Below, piece by piece: positions 42,914 through 46,428 of a DNA stretch of 46,428 nucleotides. The translations under genes and the position numbers were made by a program. Within the stretch, counting starts at the first letter, position 1; the number at the start of each line of letters is the position of its first letter. The notes under the pieces are model-generated. The model ran no database searches, was not told where the DNA came from, and saw nothing but the letters and a program-made list of their open reading frames with translations. This DNA comes from a virus: the IMG/VR virus record IMGVR_UViG_3300027742_000004, positions 1 to 46,428 of that record, one strand, 5' to 3'.

Positions 42914-43188
42914 TGGACCGCAAAGCCCTCGTAGAAGCCGACGGGTTCGTGTATTCCGTGCCATGGGCGCGTGGCAAACCCGAGCCGCTGCACCACAAAC
43001 ACCTCGCCGCAGTGGCGAGCGCGCGCGCGTACGTGTCCGCCGCCGCCGAGAACGAACTGCCTGACGACGACAGCACGCTGGTTCTGTCGTTCACCGCGGC
43101 GCGCGGCATACTGACGCTGATATATGTGAATAAGGCGGGCTCGTGCGCGTGGTCTGCTGACTGCGCGTACAACGCCCTAGAGTGCTGA
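42910..43188 (+). CDS. Hypothetical protein (92 aa)
   Basis: ORF with ATGA-type overlap to the helicase gene. No motif recognised. Confidence 0.45.
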   Translation: MMDRKALVEADGFVYSVPWARGKPEPLHHKHLAAVASARAYVSAAAENELPDDDSTLVLSFTAARGILTLIYVNKAGSCAWSADCAYNALEC

Positions 43189-43214
43189 AGCCGCAGCGGT
43201 TAAACTGCGGCTTC
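43187..43214 (+). terminator. 10-bp stem-loop GAAGCCGCAG-N8-CTGCGGCTTC overlapping the stop codon
   Basis: Perfect inverted repeat with no U-tract, followed by a 77-nt intergenic spacer that contains a single GTACCT half-site (43254-43259). Confidence 0.35.
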
Positions 43215-43291
43215 AACGACTGACTGAGATGCCCTGATAAGACACCGCATCTTGTACCTGCAACGAGATCAAACACAAGAGAAAATTTCCC

Positions 43292-45730
43292 ATGAGTTTC
43301 AAAACTGACAACGCTGCCGCCCAGACAGCCTTCCGTCTCGCCGCCTTGCGCAACGGATTTGTGCCGCTGCCAAATCACGATAAGCGTTGTTTTCTAAAGG
43401 GTTGGAACACGCTGAACGCGGACGAAGACACGATCAAGAGCTGGGAACGGAAGCTCGTGTACCAAGCGACGGGGCTGCGCGTAGAGGGCGGCATGTGCGC
43501 GATCGACATCGACATCGACGATCAAGATTTAGTGGGTCGCATCTGGGAACGCGCCGCTGCGCAATACCCCCAGCTGCGCGAAGCCTTGATCCGGTACGGC
43601 AGCGGCGCCAAGGAAATGTGGGTCTGCCGCACGGACGAAGAGTTCAGCGTTATCTTCTCGACGTCGCACGTCAAGCCGGGCTTCGATCCCGAAAGCAGTG
43701 ACGCCCCGGCGTACCGGCTGGAAGCCTTCGGCGGCGGGCACCCGCGCCAGATCGGCAGTAGCGGCGCGCACACGATGAAGAAGGACGGGTCAGGCTTCGC
43801 GGTCGGATATACTTGGGCCGACGACGAGAGCCCCGCCGAGGTTCGGCTGGACGCGCTGCCGGTGCTGGCGAAGTCAGCTGTGCTGGCGATCGCGTCTATC
43901 GCGAGCGAAGAGCTCGCCGCTGCGCAGTGGCCGCGCGTACGACGTTCTCGTACGGGCGAGAGTGCGCTCGCCGCGGTCTATGACCTGACCCCGACAATGC
44001 GCTTCGACTGTCTCGACGGCGTGACCCGTAACCTTGAGCAGCTGAAAGACTACGCGACCACGTCGAAGGACGCGCGCTGCTCGGCCAGCTGGACGGGCGA
44101 TCCGCAGTTCGTCAACCGGACCCGGTGCCTCGTCAGCATCGACCACACGGGGACCGTGTCTGTCCTCGAGACAGCTAACTGGACACGCCACCTGCCGGCG
44201 GACGAGATCGACCGTACGCGTACGCTGTACGAGCGCACCGTCGATCTGCGGGCCAAGATGGAAGAGGTCGGGTTCACGCTGGACCCCGACGCTTTCCCCG
44301 ACGCCCCGGCGTCGTTCACGGACGTGGTCTTCAAGCTGCTCGACGAGTGGTCGTGGTGCGGCTCGCGATCCTCCCAGTGCCTGCCGATCTACCGCGACGA
44401 AGAGCTGGGCATGAACCTGACCAACCTGCGCCTGACCATGTGCCAGTTCTCGTACGAGCGTGAAGGCCCGCGCGGCGGGGTCGTGTCGATCAATCCTGTC
44501 GACGCGTGGATCAAACATAGCCAGCGGCAGGACGTCGACGGCTATCGTTTCATGCCCGACCGCCCGCCCGGTATTTTTGCGACCGACGACGTACGCGCGA
44601 TCAACAGCTACCGCGCGCCGGTACACGAGCGTGTCGAGGACGACGCCGAGCGCGAGGGGTACGTGCGTCTGTGGGAAGACTTCCTGCACCACCTGCTGCC
44701 GAACGACGACGAACGCGAGTGGTTCATGGACTGGCTGGCGCACAAGAAGCAAAACCTCACGACGCCCGGCGTCGGGATCATCATGTACGCGCGAGAGTTC
44801 GGCGCCGGGCGGGGCTCGCTGTTCGAGATCATCGGTAGCGTCTTCGGTGACAAGTACGTGAACAGCGTGTCCGCGGACATGCTCATGGGCACCTCGTCGC
44901 AGGGTCAGTACACCGACTGGCTGGCCGACGCGCTCTTCGTCACGACAGACGAGGTGCTGCCCGACGGCGAAGAGGGTACCTCTATGGCGTGGCGGCGCAA
45001 GAAAGCGTTCGAGAAATTGAAGGAACGCATCGACCCGAAGCCGCGCCGCACCGACATCATCCGCAAGACCCTCCCCAACTACCAAGACTGGGTGTACGCG
45101 TCGTTCCTGCTGGCGACGAACCACGACAACGCGATCCCGATCCCTAAAGGCGACCGGCGGCTCACCGTGCTGACAAACACCGTCGTCCCGCTGGCCCGCA
45201 AGCCCGACCTGATGCGTCGCCTGAACAACGAGCGCAACCCCGCGATGAACCCGCGGTTTGCCAGCTGCATCGCGAGCTGGTTGGACGCGCGCGACGTCAC
45301 CGGGTTCAACGCGCACGTTGCGCCAGAGTTCTCGGGTAAGGCCAAGATGCAAGAAGCCAATATCACCGAGCTGGAAGGCTTGATCGACGACACGCTGGCG
45401 TTGATCCCGTACGACTGGACGACGCTGGACGTGGTTCTGGCGCGGGTCGACAACGCGCTCGTACGCGCCAATATCAAAGACAGCTACCCTGCGTGGCGCA
45501 AGGTCGCGACCGATCGCACCAAGGCTCTGTGGCACTCGAGCGGGCGTGCCTATGTGACACCGCAGCGCACGAGCAAGGCGATGATCCTGACCCGCACCGA
45601 CGAAGCCGCCGAGACCTTCCGTGTGCTGAGCGTGGACGAGCGGTGCGCAGAGTACGCCGACATGTCGCGGCTGGACAGCACCGCGTCGGCGCGCTTGCGC
45701 GCCCTGCGCGCCGGGATGTCGGAAGTCTAA
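43292..45730 (+). CDS. Bifunctional primase-polymerase (AEP/Prim-Pol N-domain) plus SF3 (D5/P4-like) helicase
   Basis: N-terminal ...GFVPLPNHDKRCFLKGW...GMCAIDIDIDD (DxD). C-terminal P-loop-like YAREFGAGRGSLF and Walker B ALFVTTDEV. 812 aa. Confidence 0.7.
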   Translation: MSFKTDNAAAQTAFRLAALRNGFVPLPNHDKRCFLKGWNTLNADEDTIKSWERKLVYQATGLRVEGGMCAIDIDIDDQDLVGRIWERAAAQYPQLREALIRYGSGAKEMWVCRTDEEFSVIFSTSHVKPGFDPESSDAPAYRLEAFGGGHPRQIGSSGAHTMKKDGSGFAVGYTWADDESPAEVRLDALPVLAKSAVLAIASIASEELAAAQWPRVRRSRTGESALAAVYDLTPTMRFDCLDGVTRNLEQLKDYATTSKDARCSASWTGDPQFVNRTRCLVSIDHTGTVSVLETANWTRHLPADEIDRTRTLYERTVDLRAKMEEVGFTLDPDAFPDAPASFTDVVFKLLDEWSWCGSRSSQCLPIYRDEELGMNLTNLRLTMCQFSYEREGPRGGVVSINPVDAWIKHSQRQDVDGYRFMPDRPPGIFATDDVRAINSYRAPVHERVEDDAEREGYVRLWEDFLHHLLPNDDEREWFMDWLAHKKQNLTTPGVGIIMYAREFGAGRGSLFEIIGSVFGDKYVNSVSADMLMGTSSQGQYTDWLADALFVTTDEVLPDGEEGTSMAWRRKKAFEKLKERIDPKPRRTDIIRKTLPNYQDWVYASFLLATNHDNAIPIPKGDRRLTVLTNTVVPLARKPDLMRRLNNERNPAMNPRFASCIASWLDARDVTGFNAHVAPEFSGKAKMQEANITELEGLIDDTLALIPYDWTTLDVVLARVDNALVRANIKDSYPAWRKVATDRTKALWHSSGRAYVTPQRTSKAMILTRTDEAAETFRVLSVDERCAEYADMSRLDSTASARLRALRAGMSEV

Positions 45731-45732
45731 AC

Positions 45733-45760
45733 AAAAAAGACCCCCGCCGAGGCGGGGGTC
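45733..45760 (-). terminator. Intrinsic terminator between convergent operons (9-bp GC stem, loop CGAG, U-tract on the minus-strand transcript)
   Basis: GACCCCCGC-CGAG-GCGGGGGTC at 45739-45760 with AAAAAA at 45733-45738, which reads as TTTTTT after the hairpin on the minus strand. Confidence 0.8.
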
Positions 45761-45783
45761 AAGTTGTCGAGGTGAGGGAGGAA

Positions 45784-46158
45784 TTACTCCTCTGGGTCAG
45801 ACAGTACCACACGTTCCGGGACGTAGCAACCGCGCGCGTCCATCATGGCTGTCAAGTTGTCCATCTCGAATTGAATGCTGATGAGCAGGTCCGCGATCGC
45901 TTGGTCGCTGTCCACGTCACGCAGCACGTACAGCCGCAGCACCAAGAACCGCCCGTCGGACATCTTGGCGTATCGTACGTTGACACGCTGCCCGAGGTCT
46001 TCACCGTTAAGCCCGATCCGGTCCACGATCTTCGCCGGCACGTACGCGGTGGTGCCGTCGTCCAGCTCAACGAACCCGTACCCGTCCGACTTTTCAGTCA
46101 GGGGCACGCTAGTGACTTTGCCGAAGCTCTCGTACACGTTTTCCATCCTGCCAACCAT
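45784..46158 (-). CDS. Cold-shock-domain/OB-like protein, last gene of the early operon
   Basis: GKVTSVPLTEKSDGYGFVELDDGTTAYVPAKIV...GQRVNVRY resembles the CspA core (G.V...KGFGFI..DDG...FVH...I...GQ.V). The ATG at 46158 overlaps the upstream stop (TGATG). Confidence 0.45.
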   Translation of the reverse strand: MVGRMENVYESFGKVTSVPLTEKSDGYGFVELDDGTTAYVPAKIVDRIGLNGEDLGQRVNVRYAKMSDGRFLVLRLYVLRDVDSDQAIADLLISIQFEMDNLTAMMDARGCYVPERVVLSDPEE

Positions 46159-46421
46159 CACGCGTGCCCCAACTTACGAGCGCGCACGACGGCGCGGCGT
46201 TTCGCGGCTTTACGCTGGTTCGCCTTGACGCCCCGGCCCCGCTTTCCAAATGGTGCGAGGCGCCAGTGCTCGACGTTTTTCATCGGCGGCGGCGAGTTGG
46301 CGGCCAGCGTCACCGCGGCTTCAAACAGCCCGCGCTGGTGCAACGCGTTCGCGTTCGGGATCGCACCGATCAGCGCGTGCGCCAAGCGCCGAGCCAGCCC
46401 TCGGTTATCTGAGTGTTTCAT
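46158..46421 (-). CDS. Hypothetical basic protein (87 aa); its 5' end is duplicated at 1-92 by the terminal overlap
   Basis: ORF with a Lys/Arg-rich C-terminus (KRGRGVKANQRKAAKRRAVVRARK). It spans the circular junction. Confidence 0.5.
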   Translation of the reverse strand: MKHSDNRGLARRLAHALIGAIPNANALHQRGLFEAAVTLAANSPPPMKNVEHWRLAPFGKRGRGVKANQRKAAKRRAVVRARKLGHA

Positions 46422-46428
46422 GGTTCAG
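46330..46428. repeat. Second copy of the terminal overlap (identical to 1-99)
   Basis: Direct comparison of the two ends. Confidence 0.95.

Overview
This window is a complete, circularly closed genome of a GC-rich, tailed, podovirus-like phage. Bases 1-99 are identical to 46330-46428, so the unique length is 46,329 bp. I saw no rRNA, tRNA, CRISPR array, integrase, reverse transcriptase or phage RNA polymerase.

There are four transcription blocks:
1. A long plus-strand late operon (about 5.83-35.79 kb). It encodes terS, terL, a podovirus-type portal, scaffold, an HK97-like major capsid protein and a Bbp16-like decoration protein. These are followed by T7 gp11/gp12-like tail tubular proteins, gp13/gp14/gp15-like internal virion proteins, one 3,514-aa giant ORF, a tail fibre/tailspike, a GH108 endolysin and small membrane lysis proteins.
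2. A minus-strand replication operon (40.76 to 35.79 kb). It encodes a small unlisted RHH regulator, a DUF2800/Cas4-like nuclease, an SSB-like protein, a family A DNA polymerase split into two ORFs, and a small ORF.
3. A divergent plus-strand replication operon (40.82-45.73 kb) with a VRR-NUC nuclease, an SNF2-like helicase and a primase-polymerase/SF3 helicase.
4. A minus-strand early operon of small genes. It starts near 5.28 kb, runs through the circular junction and ends at an intrinsic terminator near 45.74 kb. It includes a SprT-like protease, a PemK/MazF-like protein and a tandem-repeat protein.

The signals most worth a second look are:
- the giant 3,514-aa virion ORF;
- an AT-rich non-coding hub with 13 copies of TTGGGAC upstream of terS (candidate ori or pac);
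- a recurring intergenic pair of AGGTACCT boxes, one pair lying next to the RHH gene;
- three conserved hairpin-plus-leader elements inside the early operon;
- a 15 x 12-nt tandem repeat;
- the split polymerase.

All functional calls come from motif recognition by eye. No searches were run.
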